Part shown: positions 46,045-59,117 of the stretch, one piece after another
Layout: the number at the start of each line of letters is the position of its first letter
How positions within the stretch are numbered: the stretch's first letter is position 1
Assembly: GCA_022813865.1 (NCBI GenBank)
Contig: JALDZX010000053.1
Coordinates: forward strand, 62,001 to 126,000
Direction of reading: 5' to 3'
DNA length: 64,000 nucleotides
Source of the DNA: Xylographa opegraphella
Taxonomy: Eukaryota
Program-made: the position numbers and the translations under genes
Notes under the pieces: model-generated
Seen by the model: the letters and a program-made list of their open reading frames with translations, nothing else
Database searches by the model: none
What the model was told of the DNA's origin: nothing

Positions 46045-47845
46045 ATGCCTCCCAAACGCCGGACTAGAAAAAGCGCAGCAGCTCCGATAGTCGTCTCTTC
46101 GAACATATCAGTAAGTTTTTTAACAGAATGGATCCTTCATTGTCTTGGATTTTATTGTGGATTTCCCTAACGGGGCCTGTTGCATAGCCGACAGAAGTGC
46201 CCGGACGACGAATCACGCGCAGCATAAGTCGAATAGCTCTTACCAATCAAGGTCGATCTCGGAGCATTACAGATCTGCTTGAGCCAAACTTAAGGCAACC
46301 GAGCACGAAGCTTCAGCAGCCTGGGCGACAAAATCCTAAAAAGCCTGGTCCTCAGAAGAAGCCGCCAAACATCGCAACAAGTCGCAAACTCTCATCTATT
46401 CTACCAAAGGCTTCGGGAAAACAAGAAAGTACAACGAGACTACTCAAAGGAGCCACTGAGAGGACCCTACTCCCATCGCAAACCGGGGTACCACAGATAA
46501 GGAATCATGTAAATATGTCCAACCAGTAAATGTTGTTGATGTTCTAACCGCTAATTTGGCAACAAAGAAAGCCCAAATCGAGCCTTGGCTAGCCCGAGTC
46601 GCAGGAGGCGCTATACCTGAAACCTCCATTCACTCCGAAACCTCCATTCACTCCGAAACCTCACAATCGGATCGTCCGGAAGAGCCTGAGGTCTGGTACC
46701 GGCGCTGGGGCTACGAGGCACCTGAACCTCAATACATGAATTCAGTACATGGCGCTTCAGTGGGGCGGTCTGAGAGGACCTCGAAGAGTGGAAAGAGATC
46801 AAAGTACATCAGTGTGGCCGCTACAGAGTTCGAATTTCTTAACGGCCTTCGTGAACGAGGCATCACTTTCAATGCGGAGTCTGATGACGAAATTGATAAC
46901 ATAAAAAGCTTGATACTTACTGATTTTCCCAAGAAGCTAACAACGAGAGAAGAAGAAACTTGGAGAGATGATCTAATTAGATGTAGCATCTCCGATGAAG
47001 CGCTTTTCCAGCGCACTATTATGATGGAGGCTATCGATCGCTACGGACTGGGGAATTATCTTGACTACATGAGCGAAAGTACCTGGACGTGCACACGTTT
47101 GCCCCGGAAAAATGATACCGGAGTGTATCGATTGCCACTACCAAAACCAGATATCGCTATGGCCTTTAAAGTCGCAGCAGTACTATCAGAAGAAGACTTG
47201 CCGATGCTGGGGGATCTTCTGGGGGCAATGTGTCCTGAATCGTCAAAGAGGGAAGGCTCATGTCACAGAGCTTTCCCTTTCTTCTCCATGGAAGTGAAAG
47301 GATCTCAAGCCGTTTCAGGAGAACCTGTTGCGAATCGTCAGAATTTCAACAACGCGAGTCAGGCTCTTTACAATATATATAGATTCATGAAGAAAGCTGG
47401 GCGGGAAGAACTCTTTCTGCGGAAAGTCCGGTTTTATTCCGCAATCGCTACGACTTCGTCATTCGAGGTTCGTGTCCATCGGGCAGTCAAAGTCAAGAAG
47501 CGGAGCCAGATCGAAAACGGCTACCCGCTTGGGTATCGGTTCGACCACCTCTACACCGCGAAGCTGAAACAATACACGCGAGGGGAAGTCTGGGGGATTG
47601 TGAAGAACATCTTCTTCGAGTACGGCGTCCAGACCCTCCTACCGATACTTAAAGAGGCCGTGGAAGTCGTCCTGAATAAACTTGCGGACGAGGCCGATCG
47701 CCGAGCTTCGGTCGGGAAGAGGCAAGCGGAGGATCTGCTGGAGTCCTTTGGAAGTTCCCAGCGACAGAGACTGGATGAGATCGGGATCACGGATCCTACT
47801 GACTCGCAAGGCAGCCTCGGCGGCCATGCTGTTCTGGCAGTCTGA
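46045..47845 (+). CDS. Putative PD-(D/E)xK nuclease-fold protein (DUF7924-like) with a basic disordered N-terminus, 3 exons
   Basis: MPPKRRTRK start; exons 46045-, ~46188- and ~46568- join in frame through GT-AG introns. Core: EALFQRTIM...LPKPDIAMAF...FPFFSMEVKG...ANRQNFNNASQAL. Confidence 0.65.
46619..46662 (+). repeat. 18-bp coding tandem repeat (ETSIHS x2.4)
   Basis: gaaacctccattcactcc gaaacctccattcactcc gaaacctc. Confidence 0.85.
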
Positions 47846-48070
47846 GAGATGGTGCAAGGCTGAGAAATTGAGCGAGTGCTGGGGTAGGTTTACAATAACG
47901 AGTACATTGAAGCGTTATCTAAACCTCTACTCAATTCACTGTACATACATGATCTCAGGAGCAAGCGTGATTTGACATTAGAATGCTTCACTGCCGCTTG
48001 TCATGGAAGCCGAGTCCCACGCTTCCATTTCACCTCGCTAGCGGCTCCTTCCATATTCCACCACAACGGC

Positions 48071-48974
48071 CTACATCAACAACGCCCCCGAATTCGTACT
48101 CACCACGCTCCCCGTGATGTTGTTATCCCTCAACAAGGCCATATAACTCTCGGCCACGTCCTCCGCCTTCCCAAACACGCCCGTCGCCGTCTTCGCGCTC
48201 GACTCCTTCTGAAAGGCGGCGTAGGCCTCCTTGCTCATGCCATCCCACAGCGGCGTGTGCACCGCGCCCGGGCTGACGAGGTTCACCCTGATGGGCTTCA
48301 TATCCAGCGCCAAGCCCCTCGTCATGCCGTGCAGGCCCGTCGCGTAGCTGTTGATGACGGCCCAGTTAGGGATTGGGCGCTCGCTCACGGAGCCGGTCGT
48401 CAGCACGAGCGAGGAGGCGGGCGTCTTGGGCAGCACGCGCGCGGCGTGCTGGGCGACGATCAGCGGGGCGAAGAAGCGCGTCATGCCGGCCTGCTGGATC
48501 AGCGGCAGCGATACCTCGTCCAGGGGCATCGTCGCCAGCTTGTCGCCGGCCGTGTAGACGACGTGGTTCAGTGCGCCGCACTGCGCGAACAGCGAGGCCA
48601 CGTTCGCTTCCAGCGTGTCGGCGGTGGCGAGGTCGCATGCGAAGCCGCTGAGATGCGCTTTGGCGCTCGGGTAGCTGGACAGGAGGGAGGCGATGGCGGA
48701 GTCGATGCGTGTGCGCTGCGAGGAGGAGAGGATCACGCTCGCGTGGGCTTCGAGGCAGGCTTCGGCGACTGCGTAGCCGATGCCGGAGGTGCCGCCGATG
48801 ATGCTGGGGGAAGAGGGCGTCAGGTCTTGTGGGGTTGAGGGGTGGGGACGGGCTTCAATGCTTGGGGGACATGGTGACCCTGTTCTGGATCACACTCGGG
48901 ATTGGGGGCTGTGCGAATACGTACAGGATGCGGCTGCCAGACAGCTTGGAGGAGTATTTGGTAGAGTCGGCCAT
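48071..48974 (-). CDS. Short-chain dehydrogenase/reductase, 2 exons
   Basis: MADSTKYSSKLSGSRIL|IIGGTSGIGYAVAE (Rossmann motif), VYTAGD and IRVNLVSPGAV. Very GC-rich coding sequence. Confidence 0.9.
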
Positions 48975-49644
48975 CGTGGTGATCGAATGCGGGTTAGAGG
49001 AGCTGTGTGGATCTACTATGGTGGGGCGGAGGAGAGCAGAGGTGGTATTAATTGGGGTACGCTGTGCAGCAGTTTGCTGCAAGAGAAAGACAGAGGGGGG
49101 CTTTTCATTATGTATATATTACGCCTGATTGGTAATTCTCCAGGTGTGGATGCATGCGCTCATGATTTAGCACTTCTTCCGATTATTATTATTAATCGAA
49201 GGTTCTTTGCAGCGCTGAGTGCCCGCGCCAATGACGTATTACAGGTAGGGCTTAGAGGCTGAAAAACCCTTAGCGGGCCCTGCTCGCTTAGTACCGTAGG
49301 CGTATCCATAGCACGGAGGTGATACGCAATGGGTTGACAATCATTACCATGGTATCCCTCTACCTCGATAAATGACAAAGCAAACTGCGTTCAAATTTTG
49401 AGCACCGCGGTCATACCTGAGCTTATGGTAAGGTAAGTAAGTATGAGTAGCATAAACGAGCGCTGACGCCATCCAAACACTCCACCGGTGTATTTGAAAG
49501 CAGGCCGTGGCTGTTTCGCATCGTCAGTCTATCATGCAGGATGCTTATATGCAATCACAAAATCACGCCTTTGCGCTGCAAATATTCTTACACCATCCAT
49601 CTCGATACGCTACTCCCCCTCTCCACCGCTTACAAACAGGACAT

Positions 49645-52639
49645 TCACGCGGTCCACATAACATTGATCTGCTTTCGCTTCACCATCGGCCCCAATAGCG
49701 CTGTGCCTGCTCCCAACGCTACCACAGTGCCTACTAGCTGTAGACGGCTGAAGCCCCTGCCCAGTGTATCAAACGCGCCGATCGGGCTGACCCTCGTCCC
49801 AAAAAAGTCCACCTCTCCCCAGGCCATCACTGCACTCGTACTCTCCATTTTGGTGGGGCAACTCAACACACCCTGCACGCCTATGACTTCCCGCTTGTGG
49901 CTGATGGTCCATTGCGGATTGAAGTCCAGCTGTGGTAGGTAGCGGAAGAGACCTTCTTCCTGTTCGGCGGATGTCGGGTCGCGACCGACTGGGCGGCGCG
50001 GAGAAAGGAACGGAAGAGGAATGGAGATCAGGGCGGACAGGGAAGGAACAGTGGCTAGGATGGCGCGGGGGGTGATACCTTGTAGAGTGGAGGTAGTAGT
50101 GAGGTGGGAAATCCCTGCTGGGATGATGTACGCTGCTGACAGAGCGTGGGGTAGGGGAAGAAGCGACAAGGATGAAAAATTGGTTGCGGAGCCAAGCGGA
50201 CCGCGGTCGTTGACAATGGAGGACTCATAGAGTTCGGTTATGACCAGTTGGTTGGCTTTGGGAGAGGAAGTGGTGTTGCCCGCAGCCGAAACAGGAAGGG
50301 AAGGATCAGAGAATAAGCTGTAAGCGAACCAGTTCTCGGCAAACGTAGCGGGAATGGGCTTGCTCGTGTCAATGTCGGAATGGGTGGTAGTGTAGAGGAT
50401 ATGCCCAGTGACCGAGTCGAGGAGATATATTGAGACTGTAGAGGCTGCCAAGCTCACGGCTGTGATGAGGACAAGGTTTTGGGAGAGGTACTTGTAGAGA
50501 ACGTTGCGATCTCCAAGAGCTCTGCCGATTGAAGCGACGGGATCGTGTCTTGGGCGTGTTATGAGACTTTGGATTTCTTCACCGGGTTGAGGAGAAAACT
50601 CCCAAGCAAAAGACGGTTCGAGTCCGCCCGAGTACGCCCAGCCCACAACCTCGCCAGATGGCCGGCGAGTGACGACAGTGGTGGGTTTACTGATGACACC
50701 AGCGGGAACAGGATCGGGAGTACCATCAGCCTGAATAGTCATGTAGCACTGACTGCCTTGCGAGCAAGCGGGAGCGGGGACGAGATATCGCCCCGGCTCC
50801 AGGCTGTTTGTCGCCCCAGAGAGCACCTTCTTCCCCGTCATAGTCTCAAGAACAATAGGCGGTTCCCCAGCTACCAATATTGTGGCACGGTCGTCTTCAA
50901 CCTCGATGCTAGTGACGTTCCACTTGGTATCCAAAGGAATGTTGACAGTATCAATTCCCCAGAAGATTGCGCCTTGTGCCCCGGCATCTATTGCCATGAC
51001 ACGGCCCTTCTCTGTAGCGACAATTGCAATTTTGCGAAAGCCAAAGCCATCCGGCCGCAATATCGCATCCTCCGTTCCAGACGAGTCTCCCATGAAGCTC
51101 CCAACGACTCTGCTAGGTATTTTCTGAAGCCAAGCAGGAAAATGTTTCAAGTCCTGCGTATGTCGCTTGACACGATGTATATATGCTGACAGAACATTAG
51201 TATGACTTTCCACCGCTAGCTCTTTAGCCAGGTCTTTTTCAGCAGGAATATCAGCCCATGCGGCAGCTATTACGCCAGCCAAACTCTCAGGTCGAATCCA
51301 GATAATTTCGGAATTTCTGAAAAGCTCCCAGTTCCCATTATGAAGAGTCAAGGCCGACCTCGCAGAAAAACTCGAACCGTCCTTAGACACGACTTCAGAT
51401 ACCGCATGAGCAATTCCTCCTGTTTCCGCCGCGGCTGCGTTGGAGTTTGGTTGGATAGGCCATCGCGAAAGGATGCCATGGCTCACAGAGGAAGTGAGAC
51501 TGACTTCAGATTCGGTATTTCTAGTAAAGTATACCTTTGCATCTATGGTGCTTGCTGAAAATGTCCCGAGTCCACCTATTCTCGGCAGATCATACGCCTT
51601 CTTTGCAGATCCGCTGGCAATGTCCACATGGTAGACTTCTGCCCAATGTGATACTGCAGTCTGATAGTGGACAAGAAAGTGTGGCTGAGCAGTAATTGTT
51701 CGTGGAGCATGAACGCTTATACTCTGGATGTCCTCTTTCTCCTTGTTCACAATATTGACGCTGGTAATATGCTTACCACCAATGACATTGATTTTGAGAT
51801 GCTTGAAGGCGTGATCAGTCCATACCAATACCGGCGCAGCTGCATTGCTCCCAATGTATAGGAACGAGTCCTTGGAGGTTGTTACACCTTCCGCATTTAA
51901 GCTGGCTTGAGCGGTTTGCTTCCCAGTCAAAACATCCAAGGTCGTGTATCTCGGATTGAGTCCTAACAATGGCGGTGTGTGTAAAGACAAGAAATAGATG
52001 TTCGTTGGCGAGGCTAATACTGCTATTGGAGTATCTCCACTATTCGTGGTTAGGACCTGAGAAGCCACCATTGGAATGTGTTGCAAATGGTATTAATTAC
52101 CTAGCAACCGTCGCGTGCCATACAACATTTCCTGAAGAAGCTTCCAGCCTCGTTACGATGTTCTTTCCCGCAGCTTCAGAGGCTACAATTACATCGCCTT
52201 TTAGCCCCTCGATCGATAGAACCTCTAAGCCCCTGACTGTTCCGTCTCCCGCCCATGCCCAGACCAGCTTGCCATCCGCGGCATCCCAGGCACTGACCGT
52301 ATTACCAACGGCACTGACTACTGTAGGCTCGCAGTCTAGAGCCTTTAGGTACCCTTTGTCGTAATCTTCCTTTTGACCCTCTTTTAACCACTGCCTCCAG
52401 ACAACTGCACCATCCTTCGGATTGACGGCCCCAAGGACTAGCTTTTCAGAAAGGGTGTATAATAAAGATGCTTTCGAGGTGGCTGACGGTCTGTGGAAAA
52501 ATGTTGTGTTTCGCTGTGGAGAGCCAAGCAGGAGGTGATGGTAATCTATTCGATATGCTTCGTCTGCAAAGACCGAGGCAGCTAAAGGTATCAAGATGCA
52601 GAAGAAAGAGACCAGGAGGGCCAGAGAAGGGGGTTGCAT
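49645..52639 (-). CDS. EMC1: ER membrane protein complex subunit 1, 2 exons (intron 52040-52100)
   Basis: Signal peptide then VFADEAYRIDYH, GAVNPKDGAVVWRQ, RPESLA, DGFGFRK, DPVASIGRALGDRNVLYKYL, ENWFAYS, FDTLGRGF and a C-terminal TM. Confidence 0.93.
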
Positions 52640-53014
52640 GATCCTGACATATGCCAAAGCTTTTGCTTCACTGCGCGGTATGTGCATGGCCATGATTTCC
52701 CATAACCGGTAGAACGTGCCCGATCTGGTTAGCGTGTAGATCCTAGCTCGCTACTTCTATTGTATATCCATTCTACGTTGACCCTCGCTCTTCATCTGAA
52801 CATGATTTAATAGAATCCTTCATGAGCCGGCTTGCATCCCCATGGGATCAGCTTGCACCCGTGACACAAGCCTGTAGAAATGTATCATCTATATTCGATT
52901 CATTTTGATGGAGCGTTCCAGTAATGTAAACCTTCCACGGTTGATCAGTACTCAAGTGCCCCCTTCTTTTGCGTTTCAAGTAAAACATACACTGCATAGG
53001 TACTCACCATCATC

Positions 53015-54001
53015 ATGGGAGCTTGGACGCAGCTTTTCACTCCAGGCTCTTCGCTTACTGAAGCGCAACTTCCTTCTCTTGCCGGCAAGGTCTCTATCGT
53101 CACCGGCGGAAATTCAGGTAGTGGCTTCGAGCTGAGCAAGGATTCTATATTCTAAAGGTGGTGAGGTCCAAAGGTGGCTGGTCGCTCTGCTACAAAAGTT
53201 GCAACGGTGATCGAACAAATCAACGAAGAAGCAGCCAAAATGGCAAGCTCTATGGCAGGGCAGCTCAATAGCTTGATCATTATTTGGGCAATCTATCCAC
53301 TATTGCCCCTGCGTTTCTGACTTTCGCGCAAAGGAATCTCATTTCGATGTTCTTCTTATCAATGCTGGTCTCGGTCGCCAACCTCCAGGTAGCGTTACCA
53401 CCCAAGGCCACGGGATATATATGGGCAACACTTGCCTGGGACCTTTCTTTCCGACAAAGCTCCTGCTTCCAGTCCTCGCCAAGACCGAAGGGTCCGCGCC
53501 CAAGAATAGTGTCCGCATTATGTTCACGTCTTCTGGAGTCATTGCTCTGGCTGATCCTCCGGTGGCATCTCATTCGCCGAGCTCGAGCCTGGTAAGCATT
53601 CGAACGATATGAACCGTAACTATAGTAGCTCGAAGGCCGGCAACTGGTTATTGGCGTCTGACTTGACCAGAGATATGCGAATTATAAGATAGTTGCAGTC
53701 GTACAGAATCCACGAACTTTAATAACCACAGGCTCGAATAGCACTCCGTGGTTAATGAGGGCAATAATGCCTCCGGATTTTCAACCTCTAAAGTTGTGTG
53801 CATATACTGAGCTGCGGGCAGGACTCAGTACTGATACCAGGAGTGGTGATTGACAGAAGTTTATTATCCCCTGAGGGACGGTGGAATACGACGCCAAAGA
53901 AAGAGTATTTGGCAAATTTAAAGTCGAATGAAGCCGGACCTGGGCTCGTTGTTGAGTTTAACGACTATCGTGAGGCGGAAACGAAGGAGTTTGCTACTTG
54001 A
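53015..54001 (+). pseudogene. Frameshifted SDR (retinol-dehydrogenase-like) pseudogene
   Basis: MGAWTQLFTP...LPSLAGKVSIVTGGNSGSGFELSK then a frameshift. Later fragments in different frames: VAGRSATK, DVLLINAG, NTCLGPFFPTKLLLPVL, RIMFTSS, NYSSSKAGNW. Confidence 0.85.
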
Positions 54002-54805
54002 TAGCACTGGTTCGACTGGGTTATGCTTCTCGCGAGATAAAGTATAGGAAGTGCCGGAAACAGATTTGCTCTCAATTCTCATCGCACTGATACCGTTCTT
54101 TTTTTTTCTGATTTCTTTTGATTTAATTCAATAAAATCATCAGCTGGACGCCAAGTTAGTATGTTTTACGTTCAAACGATGCAAGCAGTACTGTGTGCTA
54201 GCCGACGTTGTCTACATCGAGATCTGAGCATACTAAATCCAGCAGACTCAATCACATCACAGCATTGAAGCACTGTTGATGATGAATGTTCATTGTGCAC
54301 AAAAAAAGATAAGACTTGGCTCTGGTTCGAAATGTTTACCACATCACTCCACAATTCCCACTCACAATTTGTTGACAACTCTCTATCTCGCAGCGAGGAA
54401 CTCTAATAACCTACGTCTTTCATCAGTTGTCGTTGCAAGCTTAACTTACACATCATGAACTTTAGTGAGGTATCTGTGGGAGACACGACGGAGTGTCTAA
54501 AAATTGGTCATTCCTCAGCATAACTTGAACAAAACTAGTCTTTGGTCCTTTGCGACCGATGAACTCAAAACTTCAAGCACTTTTCAAATTGCATCTTCAG
54601 GCGGGTTGCACTTGTCAGAATATGGCATAGAACTTCGCCGCCATTTGTCAGACCTTGCCGTAACTCCATTGACACTCACTCTCAATCTTATGTATCGTCT
54701 TTCGTTTGTATCTCGTATGTAACAGCATCTCTATGTTACAATATTGAAACTAGTCATAGTCTGAGAAATCTCTCTGCCTGCCGTCAGGATCCCGCAACTG
54801 CCAGG

Positions 54806-55472
54806 ATGACTACGCGGGCTCTTGCCATGCACGTAGTCAAAAGGACAATGTCACTACAGAAGCTAACGCCCTCAAGATCTCTCTATAACTCTGAAATCAA
54901 TTTCTTTATCAGTAGAGAACGACACCTTTTCACTCTTCACTGGACTTTGTTGGTTCCACGAGCCCCTTACATTCTGGCTCGGACAGTCAAGTGGGTCAAC
55001 CATGGAGGCTCGCAGGCCGCCTACCTTGACACCGAACACATTCTAACCTTCGACGCTTTCAAAAACTGGCTATACAACAACTACGTTCGTGGGATTGCAC
55101 ACGGGGAAGAACTGATAGTAGCCTGGCAGTCCAGACGCCCGGTGATTGTTCGCTGCGCGGTGGTAGATCGAAGGGCTTCAGGATCGATGTATGGACCGCA
55201 TCACACACGCCTTCTTCGTGGAGCCTCGAGAAATGAAGATCAGTCCTACGGTGATGAACCAGCTTCTCCAGGCTGGTCCAGATCGGAAAATGCGAACGTT
55301 CCTGACGTTGGACTGTGTGCGGGGATTCAAGGCTGTCCAACAATGCCCGGGCTCGGTGCACGATCCTGTACCTGATCCGACTTTCCAGTATGAAGTTGCG
55401 TATGAATGGGACAGGAGTTTTTGGCCAAGCTTCCTGCCGTACGTCTACAATTGCCTCGATTTCCATGTCTGA
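54806..55472 (+). pseudogene. BTB/POZ-domain gene, apparently disrupted
   Basis: FTLHWTLL...APYI...YLDTEHILTFDAFKNWLY fits the fungal BTB pattern. The continuation R*LFAARW*IEGLQDRCMDRI...PDRKMRTFL is in another frame with two stops. Confidence 0.55.
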
Positions 55473-55707
55473 CTTTGCCGATGCCGTGCGTGTGTGATTC
55501 GACCGCAGATCTGACTTTACCTCTCGAGGATCTTGTGGGCTTTGATTGATAGAGGAAATGGACTGGATGGTAATCAGAATAAACTAGTTTTCGACTGATG
55601 AATTTCCCCCGCAAAGGCCTTGTAGGATGTTGAATCGAGGAGGAAGTTTTTCTCGCTAGACAACCCCTCTACACTTGGTCCTAATAAGTCATTATCAAAA
55701 CCATTCC

Positions 55708-57435
55708 CTATACTTGATCGTCGTCATCGCTCCCATAATCAGCAGCGTACTCCAAAACGACCCATTCGCAGAAGGAGTTCCATTCTTTCGTCCACTCCCT
55801 CATCCTTTCCGCCCGGACCCCTTGCCCGTACACTCCGTCCTTAACGTCCTTCTTCCACTCGGGCGTATTTTGGTCCGGTCCGTAGGCAGCATACCTCACA
55901 CTGTTCTCCGCCAGACTCCCCAGCCCTTCCAGCCCAAGATTTTCCCACCCCTGTAACGCCTGCCAGAAATCATGTGTAAGCCCATTCTTCCCGTGACCCA
56001 AAATCGCTGGGTCGTCATTACACAATGCGATCGCCACTCCTCGGGCCAAGAGCGCAGGAAGCGGATGTGACATGATAGAATTCGTCAGCCGCAGGATCTC
56101 ATTCGAGATGGGACAGGACTCTATGAGGATCGATTTCTGCTTCACCATCTCGATCAACAGCGGGTGCTTGTACAGCGAAAAGCCGTGTCCGATCCTTCTG
56201 GTTCCTAGCAAGATCGCGTCGAAGAGATTCTCGTCCGTCTCATCCCCATCACCGAGGCATTCGCCCGCGTGGAAGAAGAATGGAATGTCCACCCCCTCTT
56301 CCACGCACCGCTTTCGAAACCAGAAGATCTCTGGCGTGAGGTCGACCAGGGGCCTCCCCGCGTCTTCTTGCCCCACAAGGTCAAAGCCAGAGATCAGGTC
56401 CGGAAAAGCTTGCTTGGTCGCTATGCACAGCTTCATATTCTCGACGATCTGCTGTTTGTCCTGAGCACGCAAAGTCGTCCATATAAATCTTGCGCCCCAG
56501 AAGCGGCCGCCCTGTTCCGTAGCTTGGAATTTCTTCACTTCTTCGCCAAAAGTCTGGAAAAACGCAAGGTAATCAAGTTCCGGTGTGGTTCGGCCTTCGC
56601 GATAGTAGCTGAATACGAACGCGGCTCGCAAATCGACCCATCGGATACCGTCTTCGAGAAGTTCTTTGAGAAGACGTTGGACGGCGGCTCGGAAGATGGG
56701 TTCGTAGTAGAGGATTGTTCCGATGATGGGGAAGCAGGATTTGAACTTCTTCCAGATGACGTCGAGGCCTTTGTGATGGTCGATAGACTCTGCGGACGTG
56801 ATTGTACATCGTTCTGTGATCCAGTCTTTGAAACCCTGCTTGCTACCGGAGGGAAAGGAGTCTGCGGCCTTTGAAAGCGAGACGCACGTCTTCGGTACAT
56901 AGTCTGAACCCCATATCGACGGCGCTGAATCCTCCTCCTTCCACATTTCCCCCATGAAGCGAAAGCCCAGCTCATTCTGCCTCAGCCCTTCTTCCCCAGA
57001 AAGCCCACCAGAAGCACAAAATCCCATTCCCTCCGTTGCCAACGCCTGCTCGATCAACCAGTCGATATCCAACATCGCATCGAAATGAGCATGCAGTAAA
57101 GCACCCTTCGGCATCCGCTTTACAATACCCCACAGTTTACTCTCCTCCATACGATTCCGTGCCAGCGTGAAGGGCATTCCAGGAAAGACATGACCGCTGA
57201 GATCCGCGTCCTTGTTCCACACGGTCTGCCGCTCCTCGGCGCGGATACGGGAGACGATGGCGCAGGCTTCGATGGCGAGAGGCGTGAGGGAGGCGCGGAA
57301 AGGGGCGTCGGAGCGGGTCGACTTTTCTTGTTCTATGAGTGCGGAGCGGCCGGAAAGGTATTTCTGGATGAAGGGATCGGCGAACTGTGGAAGACCTTCT
57401 TCGATTTCCCAGTCGGGGATGCTGGGGTCGGACAT
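55708..57435 (-). CDS. Adenosine deaminase, ADA2/ADGF (CECR1-like) family
   Basis: MPKGALLHAHFDAM, GFDLVGQEDAG, FFFHAGE, RRIGHGFSL, ESCPISNEIL, HPLP, NDDPAIL. Intronless, 575 aa. Confidence 0.93.
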   Translation of the reverse strand: MSDPSIPDWEIEEGLPQFADPFIQKYLSGRSALIEQEKSTRSDAPFRASLTPLAIEACAIVSRIRAEERQTVWNKDADLSGHVFPGMPFTLARNRMEESKLWGIVKRMPKGALLHAHFDAMLDIDWLIEQALATEGMGFCASGGLSGEEGLRQNELGFRFMGEMWKEEDSAPSIWGSDYVPKTCVSLSKAADSFPSGSKQGFKDWITERCTITSAESIDHHKGLDVIWKKFKSCFPIIGTILYYEPIFRAAVQRLLKELLEDGIRWVDLRAAFVFSYYREGRTTPELDYLAFFQTFGEEVKKFQATEQGGRFWGARFIWTTLRAQDKQQIVENMKLCIATKQAFPDLISGFDLVGQEDAGRPLVDLTPEIFWFRKRCVEEGVDIPFFFHAGECLGDGDETDENLFDAILLGTRRIGHGFSLYKHPLLIEMVKQKSILIESCPISNEILRLTNSIMSHPLPALLARGVAIALCNDDPAILGHGKNGLTHDFWQALQGWENLGLEGLGSLAENSVRYAAYGPDQNTPEWKKDVKDGVYGQGVRAERMREWTKEWNSFCEWVVLEYAADYGSDDDDQV

Positions 57436-59117
57436 GGTTGGAGACCAGGACCAAATTTGAAACAGCGGAGGGCTGATTGTTCGAGCTCAGGGGTTTGCCG
57501 TATGCCGATCTATTGCAAGTTCGTCGTGGCGTTCAAGGGCGTATGATACTTGTGAGATGTGGGTACTCATTGGGGTCGACTGCAGCTTGAAATGGGTACA
57601 CTTTTATGCACGGTTTCTTTCAGGCATACAACTCGGTGAAACACATGTTTTAAATTGCTTTCTTTTGGGTATTTCCTCTCCTAAGACTGACTCAAGTATA
57701 CTCCATTGTAGAGTGTAACGCTTTTAAGCACAGGAGTTCTGCAGATTTATGTAGAGTTATGTATACATTAGGCTAGTCCTAGTTAAGCCTCTGATGCCTC
57801 CAACCGAGGATGTCTTGTCCAAATTACCTTGCTATCATGTCTTTTCGTGGAAAGGTGATCACAGCGGTTCGTGGTGTGGCAATATCACGGCTGTGACGCC
57901 CGAATAGATGTCTTCACATTACTCATGAAGTTCATTCGATATTTCAGGAAAGGCTAGTTGTGGCTGGCTGAGCATCCCCTTCCGGTGCCTACTATTCTGT
58001 GCAGTAACAAAAACTTGTGTTCCTATTAAGCGTTCTTCTGTAGTAGCAAGCCCATGGGCAGCTATGATTTTGTTCTATCTATTTGTACCTCCAGTTTGAC
58101 AATGGTTGCTTTGGCATTGACTATTTAATTATAATATTGAGGATCATTTCTCTTCTCTCGGTGCTCATTGCTCTTGTTGAAATCACAATTGCCTGTTTAA
58201 TTCAGGCACTACCCTTGAAGTTGCTCCGTGCGCAATTCAGCATGGCCTCAGTACAGCTTTATTTTATGAATTTCCAGAGAAGTTTTGCTTCGCGCAGTCG
58301 CTGGCTAATGCGGATTGCAAGCTTGAGCTTGAAAGGAATAGTAGCGCGATCGGTACAGGACCTGGTGAAAGAGGAAGTAAGAAACGACTATCTTGATTGC
58401 GTGGCGGTAGAAGTGTGTTTCATGACTGAACATATCTGGAAGATCGCTGCCATACTTCGAAGGCTTGTATTTGCACAAGAACTAGGCTTGCGTGTATGCT
58501 GAAGGAACCCTCGAATGCCAGGAATTGCCTTGGTCGAAGCTGAGTTCTTTGTTCCGAAACTTACTGCGGTACCAACATTACATCTCTAGTCCTTGCGTTC
58601 GATCACTATTCCGTGGCCATACATGCTGCTACTCGGATCCAATATTCCGTACACCTCCGAGTGGGATCTTTTCGGCTAGTAAACTATCTCCGTACATTGC
58701 GGATAAACCCTTTGCCTCAAAACTGCGATCTCATCAGTATCCTCACAGCGCAGGACTATTTCTTGTCTAGTATCTTCCAGCACTTCCACCAACAGACCAC
58801 TCTTGGTTGTTGAATGGCTTCAAGCGTTATGACGCATATTCAGGTCTGCTACACATGCTTTTGTTGGCAGATGTGCGAGAATATTCTACTCGTCTCGCGG
58901 AGTCTCAGATATTATCTCTAACACTGGAGAATCTACTCGTTTGACGTGGTGGGCACGTTCAGTATCTTCTGTATCTGGTAATTATAAATGCCTATGATCA
59001 GCATCTCTAATGTCCTAAATGTTCTTGAAATTCTCCATATAGGACCTTAAAGTACTCCCTCAGGACTAACTACTCTAACGTTACGATTGAAGCTCAGCAT
59101 CCAGCTGCCTGATAGTC

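Noticed and set aside
47972..48838. 288-aa plus-strand ORF, and similar long ORFs at 60250-61191 and 37981-38736
   Set aside because: These are antisense shadows of GC-rich real genes (SDR, NIT3, PKA).
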